In this document: piece after piece, positions 1 to 10,839 of the stretch | Layout: every line of letters begins with the position of its first letter | How positions within the stretch are numbered: position 1 is the first letter of the stretch | From: Leucoraja ocellata | Lineage: Eukaryota | Assembly: GCA_036785375.1 (NCBI GenBank) | Contig: JAWMAR010000323.1 | Span: forward strand, 2,108,001 to 2,172,000 | Length of the DNA: 64,000 nucleotides | Direction of reading: 5' to 3' | Notes under the pieces: model-generated | Told to the model about the DNA's origin: nothing | The model's input: the letters and a program-made list of their open reading frames with translations, nothing else | Database searches by the model: none | Program-made: the position numbers and the translations under genes

Positions 1-219
1 TAAGCTGCCAGTAGTTCTTTAGCCTTGCTGCACATTTCCTGCATTCCGTTTTAGCATGTAGAGCAGGCAGTGGTGTCATCACATACTCCACATTTTACAT
101 GATTTTAGTGCACATACACTCATCAGAGTTTCCAGGAGTAAGCTCTAATGGTTGGACCATAGTCTGAGTGGCCTGTCCTTCATTCACCTCCCTCAGCTCT
201 AGTTTATGGTAAAGATTAT

Positions 220-500
220 TCTTCCTCATGAGATTACCATTGAGGCCTGAGATTCTCTGTGGAGTAAAGATGTCGAAAGAAGCTTTGATAGAGGTTTGCA
301 GAATCATAACTAGTTTATGTAGGGTAAGTAGAGGGAAGCTATTCCCATTCACAGATGGTTCCAGAAACAGAGACACAGATTTAAAATGTTGGGGAAAGCA
401 TGCAAAGGAAATGTAAGTAAAGACATTATTGCACGGAGTGTAGTTATGATCCGGAATTCACAGTGTTTATTGGAAAAAGTATCAACAAGGGCTTTTGAAA
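220..500 (+). mobile_element. Old CR1-type LINE 3' fragment
   Basis: ORF 228-416 reads LIEVCRII...KLFP...SRNRDTDLK, a degenerate CR1 ORF2 C-terminus (LIE.YKI...LFP...TRGH.LK). Confidence 0.65.
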
Positions 501-881
501 ATTAATCAAATGAGCACGAACCAAAAAAAGAGAGTTTTTTGGAATGGGACTGATTGCACTGTCTTAACAGTGGCTGGTATCATTGAGCATATACTATCAC
601 CTGTTCCTGTACTATAGCCAATCTTTGATGCTGAGATTTTATCCTTGCAGTTAGGAAGTATTCTGGAATGCTGCAGAGAATCTGGTGAGAAACTATGACA
701 GAACAATAAGATTTGGAGTTTGCCTGGTCTACCATCACGGGAATCCAAGGGGAGCAAGCTAATTGGAAGACCTAGCCCAGCATTCTGGTTCCTTTTGACA
801 TATTCATTCTCCATTCCATAGCAGACTGTAAAGCAGTCATTCATTGTTGTTCCATACATAGCACAATATATAATTTTGAGG

Positions 882-1389
882 GTTTAAGAAGGAACTGCAG
901 ATGCTAGAAAATCGAAGGAGCACAAAGACCAATCGAAGGTTGGGCGATTGTTTCGCCGAACACCTCTGCTCGGTCCGCAATAACCAAGCTGACCTCCCGG
1001 TGGCTCAGCACTTCAACCCCACCTCCCACTCCGTCTCCGACCTCTCTGTCCTGGGTCTCCTCCATGGCCACAGCGAGCAGCACTGGAAATTGGAGGAACA
1101 GCACCTCATATTCCGCTTGGGGAGTCCTGGGGGCATGAACATCGAATTCTCCCAATTTTGTTAGTCCTTGCTATCTCCTCCCCTTCCTCAGTCCCCCTGC
1201 TGTCTCCTCCCATCCCCCAGCCTTCGGGCTCCTCCTCCTTTTTCCTTTCTTGTCCCCGCCCCCCCCCCCCCCCCCCCCACACCCCCGAACAGTCTGAGGA
1301 AGGGTTTCGGCCCGAAACGTTGCCTATTTCTTTCGCTCCATAGATGCTGCTGCACCCGCTGAGTTTCTCCAGCTTTTTTGTGTACCTTC
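882..1389 (+). mobile_element. Penelope-like element 3' fragment (GIY-YIG end plus 3' UTR) with inverted tail
   Basis: ORF 901-1164 (RRLGDCFAEHL...PVAQHFN...KLEEQHLIFRLG...GMNIEFS) matches a PLE GIY-YIG C-terminus. TSD ATATAATTTTGAGG at 868-881 and 1390-1403. Confidence 0.85.
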
Positions 1390-2616
1390 ATATAATTTTG
1401 AGGATTGGATTAGAATGGACTGTCTGGAGCTAAAGACCATGGAAGTTATTCAGGTATGACCACACCATACAATGACATTGAGAATGTAAACTATCAAGGC
1501 CACTGTCCTTGGGTGCTTGTAATAGCTTATTTTTTGAACGTGTGTGCATCCATGATGGTGAACTGCACTTTGTGAAGAACTTACACCAAAGTAAGATACT
1601 GCTTTCACAGAGTGATGAGCTTTCACTGCTCTGCTTTCTCACATTTAATAGCCTGTTGGAGCTTCATACACACCAGCCTGAAAATTAATCTGTGAACTCG
1701 ATACACAGCAATGGCAAACACAAACTGTCAGAAGCAATATCACTCAACCCAAAGAAATTGGGACTTCAGCTGTGAAACTATTATATTTTTTGGCATTGCA
1801 TTTAAATGGCTTAAATGCTAAGGGGATAACAGTATATCTCACTTCAGAACATTTAAAATGTAGCATAGATTGTTACTTTCTGGAAAGTGGTGACCTGCCA
1901 TTTCTAGTACTGTACCATTGAGTGATTTGGAAGGCTTATGATTCAGAGGTACAGTTACAAAGCAAGTAACTTACACAGAGAGGATAAGGTCATAGAGGCC
2001 GAGTGGGCTTGTGTCTTCTGCTCGACTGATAAACGAGGAGTGTGGCACAAGTAGAGTCAAATTAAATGTGCCAATTGAAGACAGGGTAAAACTTTACTTC
2101 CTGGTTTTATTCATACAGATAAAAGTTTTTTGGAAGTTCTGTATCGATATGGCTGAAACGGATACTTCCAATCACAATATTTGCCAGGATTCCGAATCTC
2201 AGCTGCCATTTCGATGGGTGTTCACAGTATACAACATTAAAGGGGTTTATCTGTGGATTGGATTGATCAGCATTTGTATTGGTGTGGAGAGTTACCCTTA
2301 TGGCATCTGGGTACAGAGGGATTTATCTTAGTTGTGGACCTCTAATTTGCTGATACTTTACCAGTCTCTTCCAAAGCAGTCATTAGTATCTGGCAATGGA
2401 CTCCTGTCAATGTATTTCAATGATTTGTCTTCATTTTTCCCTTCTGCTTTCCTTTAACTGATAGCCATGACTTGTGCTCAAATCAGACTCACATTTGCCA
2501 GCTAAAGTACACACCAGCCTGAAGATGCATTTTGCATCTTAGTTTACATTTGCCCCTCTTTTTAATCTATTTAATTTCTCAGCAGCAGTCTTGCCACAGA
2601 CAAGTGTCACCACAGA

Positions 2617-3545
2617 CATAGGAACATAGAAACATAGAAAATAGGTGCAGGAGTAGGCCATTCGGCCCTTCGAGCCTGCACCACCATTCAATATGATCAT
2701 GGCTGATCATCCAACTCAGTATCCTGTACCTGCCTTCTCTCCATACCCCCTGACCCCTTTAGCCACAAGGGCCACATCTAACTCACTCATAAATATAGCC
2801 AATGAACTAGCCTCAACTACCTTCTGTGGCAGGGAATTCCAGAGATTCACCACTGTGTGAAAAATGTTTTTTTCATCTCGGTCCTAAAAGATTTCCCCCT
2901 TATCCTTAAACTGTGACCACTTGTTCTGGACTTCCCCAACATCGGGAACAATCTTCCTGCCAACCCCTTAAGAATTTTGTAGGTTTCTATAAGATCCCCC
3001 CTCAATCTTCTAAATTCTAGAGTGTACAAGCCAAGTCTATCCAGTCTTTCTTCATATGAAAGTCCTGACATCCCAGGAATCAGTCTGGTGAACCTTCTCT
3101 GTACTCCTTCTATGGCAAGAATGACTTTCCTCAGATTTGGAGACCAAAACTGTACGCAATACTCCAGGTGTGGTCTCACCTGTACAACTGCAGTAGAACC
3201 TCCCTGCTCCTATACTCAAATCCTTTTGCTATGAATGCTAACATACCATTCGCTTTCTTCACTGCCTGCTGCACCTGCTTGCCTATTTTCAATGACTGGT
3301 GTACCATGACACCCAGGTCTCGTTGCATCTCCCCTTTTCCTAATCGGTCACCATTCAGATAATAGTCTACTTTCCTGTTTTTGCCACCAAAGTGGATAAC
3401 CTCACATTTATCCACATTATACTACATCTGCCATGCACCCAGCCTATCCAAGTCACCTTGCAGCCTCCTAGCATCCTCCTCACAGCTAACACTGCCCCCC
3501 AACTTCGTGTCATCCGCAAACATGGAAATGTTGCATTCAATTCCC
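2617..3545 (-). mobile_element. CR1-type LINE (HER1-like), 5'-truncated
   Basis: ORFs 2847-3179 (RPHLEYCVQFWSP...) and 3176-3415 (KCEVIHFG...RDLGV). The 3' tail appears as ACATAGAA repeats near 2620-2640. Confidence 0.92.
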
Positions 3546-3559
3546 TCGTCCATCCATCT

Positions 3560-4570
3560 AACCTTCACATAGCTTCAGGAAAGCAGCCAAAGGAGCATTA
3601 CCACCCTGGTTATTTCTTCTTCTCACTGCTCCCGTCAGGAGTTAGATAGAGAAACATGAAAGCACATACCAACAGATTTAGGAACATGGTTTTCAGGCTC
3701 CTGTACCTTCTTCCTGATGGTATTAAAGATGATGATATTGGTTGCCTTTTTGAGGCAGCTTCCTATAGTTAATAGTTGTGATGGAACTGAGAAATGTTCA
3801 CTACTCTCTCTGCAGGCTTCTTCCTTCCTGGGCATTCAAGTTACTGAAACGGCAGTATGCTATCTATTGCACACCGATAGGTTTAGTAGAGTATTGAGTA
3901 AAATTCCGAATCTCCTAAATCTTCTCAGGAAGTAAAGGCACTAATGAGCTTTGTTTGTGATTGCATCTATGTGCTATACTCGGGACAGATCTTCAAAGAT
4001 ATGAATGCCTAGGACCTTCAAGGTGTTGATTCTCTGCACTGATGCCTCATCAATGACGACAGGTTCACGGATGCTTGTCTTTCACCTCATGAAGTAAACT
4101 TCTTGGTGTGGCTTAAAGCCCTGTCCCAGTGTACGAGTTCATTCAAGTGCTCTCCCGAGTTAAAAAAAAAAATCAAACTCATGGTCAGCACATAGAATGA
4201 ACGTAGCGGTACATCGGAGCTCGGGGACATCTCATAGCGGCTCGTAACGCTAACGGCAGGTACCCGGGAAGACTTGCTAATGGCAGGTAAGCTCAGGAAG
4301 CCTCGTGAAGAGTTTTCAACATGTTGAAAAATGTCCACGAGAGCCCCGAGTACCTGCGAGCGGCCATTACCGTAACTCTCCCAGTTCGAATCAGGGCAAA
4401 CTCGGGAGAACTCTTTGAATGAACTCGGATAGTGGGACAGGACAGGACTTTAATGCTGAGGCCAAGATTGTTGTTCTGGTGCCAATCAATCAGATGATCG
4501 ATCTTCCGGTCTGCACTCTGACGCATGGTTACTCATCTAACTATGGTGGTATCACTGATGAAATTAAAGA
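3560..4570. mobile_element. Degraded Rex1/Babar-like LINE fragments interrupted by a MITE
   Basis: HPGY..FSLLPSG.R on plus (3600-3650). Decayed minus-strand RT C-terminus resembling 20318-21000 (for example WHQNNNL in ORF 4293-4526). Confidence 0.55.
4117..4450. mobile_element. PIF/Harbinger-like MITE
   Basis: Terminal inverted repeats AGCCCTGTCCCA...TGGGACAG, TAA flanks, internal sequence shared with 21985-22290. Confidence 0.75.
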
Positions 4571-4574
4571 TAGC

Positions 4575-5885
4575 CAATAGAAAATAGGTGCAGGAATAGG
4601 CCATTTGGCCCTTCGAGCCAGCACCGCCATTCACTGTGATCATGGCTGATCATCCACGATCAGTAACCGTTCCTGCCTTCTCCCCATATACCTCGACTCT
4701 GCTATCTTTAAGAGCTCCATCTAAAGGGCCTGTCCCACGAGCGTGCGACTGCATGCGGCGAGTGCGACCAAACAAGCGGGGGCCGCGCGGAGGTCGAGTG
4801 ATCCCGTACGAATTGACGTGAAGTCCGTGCGTGATGTACGGCGTCAAGACGCTGCGTATGGCATCGAGACGCTGCGCACGCCCTCAATGCGGCTGCGGGC
4901 CGGCAGGCCATTGCACCGCGGAATTTTTGGACAGTGTCAGTTTTTCGGAGCCCCGTGTGATGTCGGGACCAGCTCCGCACAACTCAATACAACTCCATCG
5001 AAGTGGGTCCGGACCCACGAGGCCGTATGGCTCAAGCGACCACGTTAGGTCGCGCTTGCCGCATGCAGTCGCATGCTCGTGGGACAGGCCCTTAACTCTG
5101 TTTTGAAAGCATCCAGAGAATTGGCCTCCACTGCCTTCTGAGATTGACAACTCTCTGGGTGAAAACATTGTTTCTCATCTCCTCATTTCCTCATCTCTGT
5201 TCTAAATGGCCTTCCCCATATTCTTAAACTGTGGCCCCTGGCTCTGGACTCGCCCAACATCGGGAACATGTTTCCTGCCTCTAGCATGTGTCTTATATGT
5301 TTCAATAAGATTCCCTCACACCCTTCTAAATTGTGTATACAAATCCAGACACACCATTCTATCAACACAAGGCAGTCCCGCCATCCCAGGAATTAACCTC
5401 GTGAACCTATGCTGCACTCCTTCAATTTGAGCCCTTCCTCAAATTTGGAGACCAAAACTACGCACAATACTTCAGGTGTGTCATCTGAAAATTTGCTAAT
5501 GTTACTATTAATCCCTTCATCTAAATCATTAATGTATATTGGAAATAGCTACGGTCCCAGCACTGAGCCTTGCAGGACCACATTAGACACTATCTGCCAT
5601 TCTGAAAGGGACCGTTAATCCCTACTCTGTTTTCTGTCTGCCAACCAATTTTCTATCCATGTCAGTACCCTACCCACAATACCATGTGCTCTAATTTTGC
5701 CCACTAATCTCCTATGTGGGACCTTAGCAAAGGCTTTCTGAATGTCCAGGTACATTAAATCCACTTGCTCTCCCTTGTCCATTTTCTTAGTTACATCCTC
5801 AAAAAATTTCATAAGATTAGTCAAACATGATTTCTCCTTTGAAAATACATGCTGACTCGGACCAATCCTGTCGCTGCTATCCAAG
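4575..5885 (-). mobile_element. CR1-type LINE fragment interrupted by a MITE
   Basis: 3' UTR as at 2640. ORF 5615-6025 contains KSCLTNL.KFFEDVT...YLD.QKAF.KVPH (RT). Confidence 0.9.
4725..5092. mobile_element. PIF/Harbinger-like MITE (368 bp)
   Basis: TIR AGGGCCTGTCCCACGAGC... / ...GCTCGTGGGACAGGCCCT with ~45-bp imperfect extension. TAA duplicated at 4722-4724 and 5093-5095 inside the host LINE. Confidence 0.88.
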
Positions 5886-6130
5886 ATGGCATTGGACCTG
5901 TCTCTGGTGACATAGTTATAGGTATAAAGAGAATAGAGCAAGGAGCTGAGCACACAGCCTTGAGGTACCCCTCTGCTGATGGTCATTGAGGAGGAAGTGT
6001 TGTTTCCAATTTGTACTGATGGCAAAATAAAGAATCAATTGCATAGGGATGAGTTGTGACCCAGTATTCTTCAGAGATTCCCAGTTTACAGGGAATTATG
6101 GTGTTGAACGACGAGCAGTATTAGATAAAA
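5885..6130 (-). mobile_element. Rex1/Babar-like RT fragment
   Basis: SSSMTISRGVPQGCVLSSLLYSLYTY in ORF 5615-6025. Confidence 0.7.
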
Positions 6131-6372
6131 AATAGGCTTGCGTATAACCACACATTGCAGACAAATATTTGGTTGCTGGATGGTGAGGTGAGGTGAAAGG
6201 GAGTGCTTTTCTTCTCCTGCTGCATGGTAAAGTGCTGTGGGCGAAGCCATGAGTATTGGTTGAGTGTGAAACAGAACATCCTGGGGTGCATTTGGTATAT
6301 TGAGGAGAGTGGAAGATGTGCCTAGTGATGGCATCATGTTGAGGGATATTGAGGCCAACTGACTTACTTAAT

Positions 6373-6509
6373 CCTTCTTCTTGCGTATGGCATGCACAGC
6401 CTAAAGTTGTAAGACAACTTGTTCTGTTTGATCTTCTGTTTGTGCACGCCAGGTTGATTGCATTCGTTGAAACAGGGTGGACCACGTGAAGGTTGCAATC
6501 TCCCACCCC
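6373..6509 (-). mobile_element. 137-bp non-autonomous retroposon with HDV-like ribozyme head and (AAG)n tail
   Basis: Exact TSD ACTTACTTAAT at 6362-6372 and 6510-6520. 3' end ...GCCATACGCAAGAAGAAGG. 7-bp hairpin AAGTTGT-AAG-ACAACTT at 6404-6420. Confidence 0.85.
6456..6509 (-). ncRNA. Minimal HDV-like self-cleaving ribozyme (54 nt)
   Basis: Reverse complement GGGGUGG-GA-GAUUGCA-ACC-UUCACGU-GGU-CCACCCU-GUUUCAA-CGAA-UGCAAUC gives P1 (7 bp, G1-U wobble), P2 (7 bp), P3 (3 bp), L3 with U...CG, one P1.1 C-G pair and J4/2 CGAA carrying the catalytic C (6466). Confidence 0.85.
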
Positions 6510-6610
6510 ACTTACTTAATGCAAAATCATACGTGTTGGAAACTGAGGATGAGGGGAATAATATCCGAGTTCTTGGAATGCACAGGTATGACAGCAAAAA
6601 CAGGAAAGCT

Positions 6611-7179
6611 GGTTACACAAAAAAGCTGGAGAAACTCAGCGGGTGCAGCAGCATCTATGGAGCGAAGGAAATAGGCAACGTTTCGGGCCGAAACCCTTCT
6701 TCAGACTGATCGGGGGCGGGGGTGGGTGGGGACAAGAAAGGGAAAAGGAGGAGTAGCCAGAAGGCTGGGGGATGGGAGGAGACAGCAGGGGGGCTGAGGA
6801 AGGGGAGGAGACAGCAAGGACTAACAAAATTGGGAGAATTCGATGTTCATGCCCCCGGGGTGCAGACTCCCCATATTCCGTTTGGGGAGTCTGCACCCCG
6901 GGGGCATGAACATCGAATTCTCCCAATTTTGTTAGTCCTTGCTGTCTCCTCCCCTTCCTCAGCCCCCCTGCTGTCTCCTCCCATCCCCCAGCCTTCTGGC
7001 TACTCCTCCTTTTCCCTTTCTTGTCCCCACCCACCCCCGCCCCCGATCAGTCTGAAGAAGGGTTTCGGCCCGAAACGTTGCCTATTTCCTTCGCTCCATA
7101 GATGCTGCTGCACCCGCTGAGTTTCTCCAGCTTTTTTGTGTAACCTTCGATTCTCCAGCATCTGCAGTTCCCTCTTAAA
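6611..7179. mobile_element. Penelope-like fold-back insertion: perfect 263-bp inverted arms plus ~35-nt tail
   Basis: Arms 6611-6873 and 6883-7145 with a 9-nt spacer. Mirror ORFs 6636-7034(-) and 6722-7120(+). TSD AAACAGGAAAGCTGG at 6598-6612 and 7177-7191. Confidence 0.92.
7048..7083 (+). ncRNA. Minimal hammerhead-ribozyme-like core in the PLE 3' repeat
   Basis: CUGAAGA-A-GGGU(UUCG)GCCC-GAAACGUU: catalytic boxes, 4-bp stem II and palindromic ACGU stem III. Stem I pairing is weak. Confidence 0.55.
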
Positions 7180-7204
7180 CAGGAAAGCTGGAATGGACAT
7201 ATTG

Positions 7205-8655
7205 AATCATAGGTCATAGAGATAGGCAGTGTTAAAACATGCCCTTCGGCCCAACTTACCCACATCGGCCAACATGTCCCAGCTACACCTGTCCCACCTG
7301 CTTGGTCCATATCCCTCCAAACCTGTCCTATCCATGTACTTGTCTAACTGTTTCTTAAACAATGGGATAGTCCCAGCCTCAACTACCTCCTCTGGCTGCA
7401 AGTTCCATACACCCATCACTCTTTGTGTGAAAAAGGTACCCCTCAGATTCCTATTAAATCTTTTCCCCATCACCTTCAACTTATGTCCTTATTGTCCTCG
7501 ATTCCCCTACTCTGGGCTAGAGACCCTGTGCATCTACCCAATCTATTCCTCTCATGATTTTGTATACCTCTATAAGATCACCCCTCATCCCCTTACTCAA
7601 ACTCTTCCAAAAGTTCACACCCTCTGGTCCTGGCAACATTCTTGTAAATCATTTTTGAACCCTTTCAAGCTTGACAATATCTTTCCTATAACATGGTGCC
7701 CAGAACTGAACATGATATTCTAGATCCAGTCTCACAAACATTTTATACAACTGCAACATGACCTTCCAACTTCTATACTCTATACTCTATAAGAAGGCCA
7801 ATGTGCCAAAAGCTTTTTTGACCACCTTATCTAACTGCGGCTCGACCTTCAAGGAACCATGCACCTGTACTTCTAGATCCCTCTGTTCTACAACACTCCC
7901 TAAAGGCAGTGCCGAATTTAGATCAAGAGAGGCCCTACGCTATTCCACTTGTGAGACCCCTCCTAATCCCCCACCCCCATGACTAGTGGAAGATGGAAAA
8001 GTGTTTAAAATAATTTGAATAAAGCCAAGGATGACGACGGGTGTTTTATTACTAACCCGACAGTGGCACTACACAGCAGGTTTCTAGCAACGATTATCAG
8101 CTCTACCCCTACCATTGCTCCTTGCCAACTTCCTAGTTCAATTGTCTTTGCACTTTCCTACTTATCCCTGAGTTTTGACTTTTTAAGCCTGCAAGTATCC
8201 AAAGATGTTCCGTGCACCCGCCATCGCTGCTTACTGGAGCACGTGTGAAAGTTTGCCGGACCCCGGAGCCACCAGATTGACACCAATGTGCAGCCGAGCA
8301 TGGCCAATGAGATAAGGGGCTGGAAAGCTGCGCTTTTTAAAAATGTATTTATTGCCAGTGCTAGTGTCGAGTTATCGGCTCAAAACAGTATTATTCTGAA
8401 ATGGAGGGCAAGGAAAATTACTGAAGGGTTGTTTAAAGACTACAGTGCGTTGTGACAGCATATGCAAGAAAGGCCTATGACAGTGTCAAAAATATTATAC
8501 ACCTTGGCTGGAGGCCCCCTAGATTTTGAGGCCTTCGGCTTCAGCCTGCCAAGCCCATAGGTAAATCCGGCACTGCCCAGAGGCCTACCATTTACTGTGT
8601 AGGTCCTGCCCTTGTTAGACGTCCCAAAATACAACACCTCACACTTCTCTGTATT
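7205..8655 (-). mobile_element. CR1-type LINE fragment (second subfamily) interrupted by a hAT MITE
   Basis: ORF 7207-7479 (FFTQRV.GVWN..PEEVVEAGT..FKKQLD) and ORF 8440-8637 (FG.SNKGRTYTVNGR). Confidence 0.88.
7907..8575. mobile_element. hAT-like MITE (669 bp)
   Basis: TIRs CAGTGCCGAATTTA / TAAATCCGGCACTG. Imperfect 8-bp TSD CCTAAAGG (7899-7906) / CCCAGAGG (8576-8583). Splits the host LINE. Confidence 0.8.
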
Positions 8656-9337
8656 TATCAGAACATGCTGTTTGACTGGTCTATATAGTAAAGGTATTGA
8701 GGTTAGTAATATTAACGGTTTTAATAAAGGATTCCATGAACGTGATGTTTAATTAGACTCCCAGATCAATCCTTTCTACCTATGCTTTATTTGGTTTTAC
8801 TCATTCTTAAAAATAATTACCTAGTGCAACAAATGAGAGATGTCTCAACACTTTTCTTTTAGGACAAACACAATTCACATGGCAATAGTGAATTCACATG
8901 GCATTTCACAAGAGTTACAAAAAAATGAGTCTCTGCCGACATCAGAAAGTGAAGTTCAGGTTATTAATACTTTCAAATGAAACCCACTTCAGAAGATCCT
9001 GTTTGTTTTTAGTCATCTGACTTTTGAGCTGGAAGTACCTTTGGAGTAATTTGGAAAGGCTGCTGATATAGTTATATCCTTTGTGTTCCCTTGAGGTTTA
9101 TTGGAGTCAGTCGAGCTTTTTAAGGCACCTTTATGCTGTTGTTCATTTGGTTAAGCTTTCTTTGTAGCCATGGTATCATGACCTACCCTACCAAGGCTAG
9201 ATTCTTTATATTGGCAACTAAACTGCACCATCCAGTTTTCACATCTAACTTCAGCAACAAAGGAGAGGGGCCAGTTTTTTAAGCATAGATGTGAAATATG
9301 TATCATCACTCACAGGATCCATTGCAAGCAGTACAGT

Positions 9338-9541
9338 GTGTAGGAACGGACTGCAAATGCTGGTTTACACTGGAGATAGACACAAAATACTGGAATAACA
9401 GAACGGGACTGGCAGCATCTCTGGAGAGAAGAAATTGGTGATGTTTCAAGTCGAGAAGGGTCTCGAACCGCACGTCACCCATTCCTTCCCTCCAGAGATG
9501 GTGCCTGTCCTGCTGAGTTACTCCAGCATTTTGTGTCTATC
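9338..9541. mobile_element. Older Penelope-like fold-back insertion
   Basis: Imperfect arms 9375-9456 and 9461-9541 centred on TCGAGA-AGGG-TCTCGA, with an antisense tail at 9338-9374. Confidence 0.78.
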
Positions 9542-10839
9542 GTAAACAATGTAGTTATTGCTCAGATAACTCTTCAGCATTACAGTGTATTTTTTTTTTA
9601 AGAGTTGGTGCTTCCGTAAGTTCAAGGCACAACCTATATTCATTCTGAATGGTAATTAGGGAAGGGCAACAATTTCTACATCACCAGAATTAATTAGATG
9701 TTTGCTGATTGGAGCCTTAATTTGTTTTATTGCACTGTCACCACGCATCTGGCATGGCAGGAGCAAGGAATACAACAGGCGTTAGTTTACTGTTGATCCC
9801 TAAGAGGCTGATGATAAATGTAAATAGCTGGCTTTCAGGGATGAATGGGATTCCTCTTCCTGGAAGATATAGGTCTGCTGTCAAAAGTGAGGCAAGAGGA
9901 AAATAGTGGAGGCATTGATCAGAAACTGAATGGTAGAGCAGCTAAATGTACAGAAAGCTGTGTTAGTCGCAGGCTCGTGGGTCATTAGAACCATTACATT
10001 CTTAAGCCATTTGAGAGATTTTGTGCACAGACTCTTAGACCTGGAATTTGTATATGTTGGGCCATTTCAAACTTTCATATACTCATATGTTTCTCGACTG
10101 CTATGGAATTCACCTGTGTCTTGAATTGACAGTAGAAGCATCTTTAAATTTGGGCTATAGCTTAATTAATTACAATACGCATGTGGTGATCTTTATTCAA
10201 GAACTTTGTGAATGAAAACACATTTTGGACAGAATGAAAGGCAATTGCATGCATTTCTGGGTCTTTTTATGTTATTTCATTAAATGTACTTATTGATGCG
10301 ACTCGTACTTTGATCCCTGACACAATGTCTGTACCAGATGTACATCGTGATGTTGTGCTCGTGTGATGATCTTTATGAAGTAGTGCTGGGAAATTAATTA
10401 ATGTTTTCCGGGAACCAATTGTTCACATTGGTCACATCAGAACCACTGCTATCATGTATTAAAACAAACTGTGATCCCACTGAGTTAAGTCCTATTGCTA
10501 ACTTTTGATTCTATGCCTGCACTTCACCCCTCTCATCTCTCCTTCTCCCAACCACTCACAAGATGCATGCAAGTCCAGTACTTAGCTGTAAATTTGGTTG
10601 AATTTGAGCATGAGAGCATCCTTCATTAATACAACTTGACATTGTGGTCATATTCTTCAGCTTTGTATCTAACTGCCTTAATTTCACAATTTTAGTTAAT
10701 TTCATCTTGCCAATTGGCCTCATTAACCCATTGACTGATGACCTCTTCACCCATTGAAGGATAGAGGCACACATCAACATATATTAAGTACCCACTTACA
10801 CTATTCCTATGGTGACCTCGTTTTATCCTCTCCACATTC

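Noticed and set aside
6636-7120. Two near-identical 132-aa ORFs on opposite strands
   Set aside because: A by-product of the perfect palindrome in PLE 3' sequence, not genes.
6362-7191. HDV-like and hammerhead-like motifs within ~170 bp as one dual-ribozyme element
   Set aside because: Each has its own distinct TSD with unique sequence between them, so they are independent insertions.
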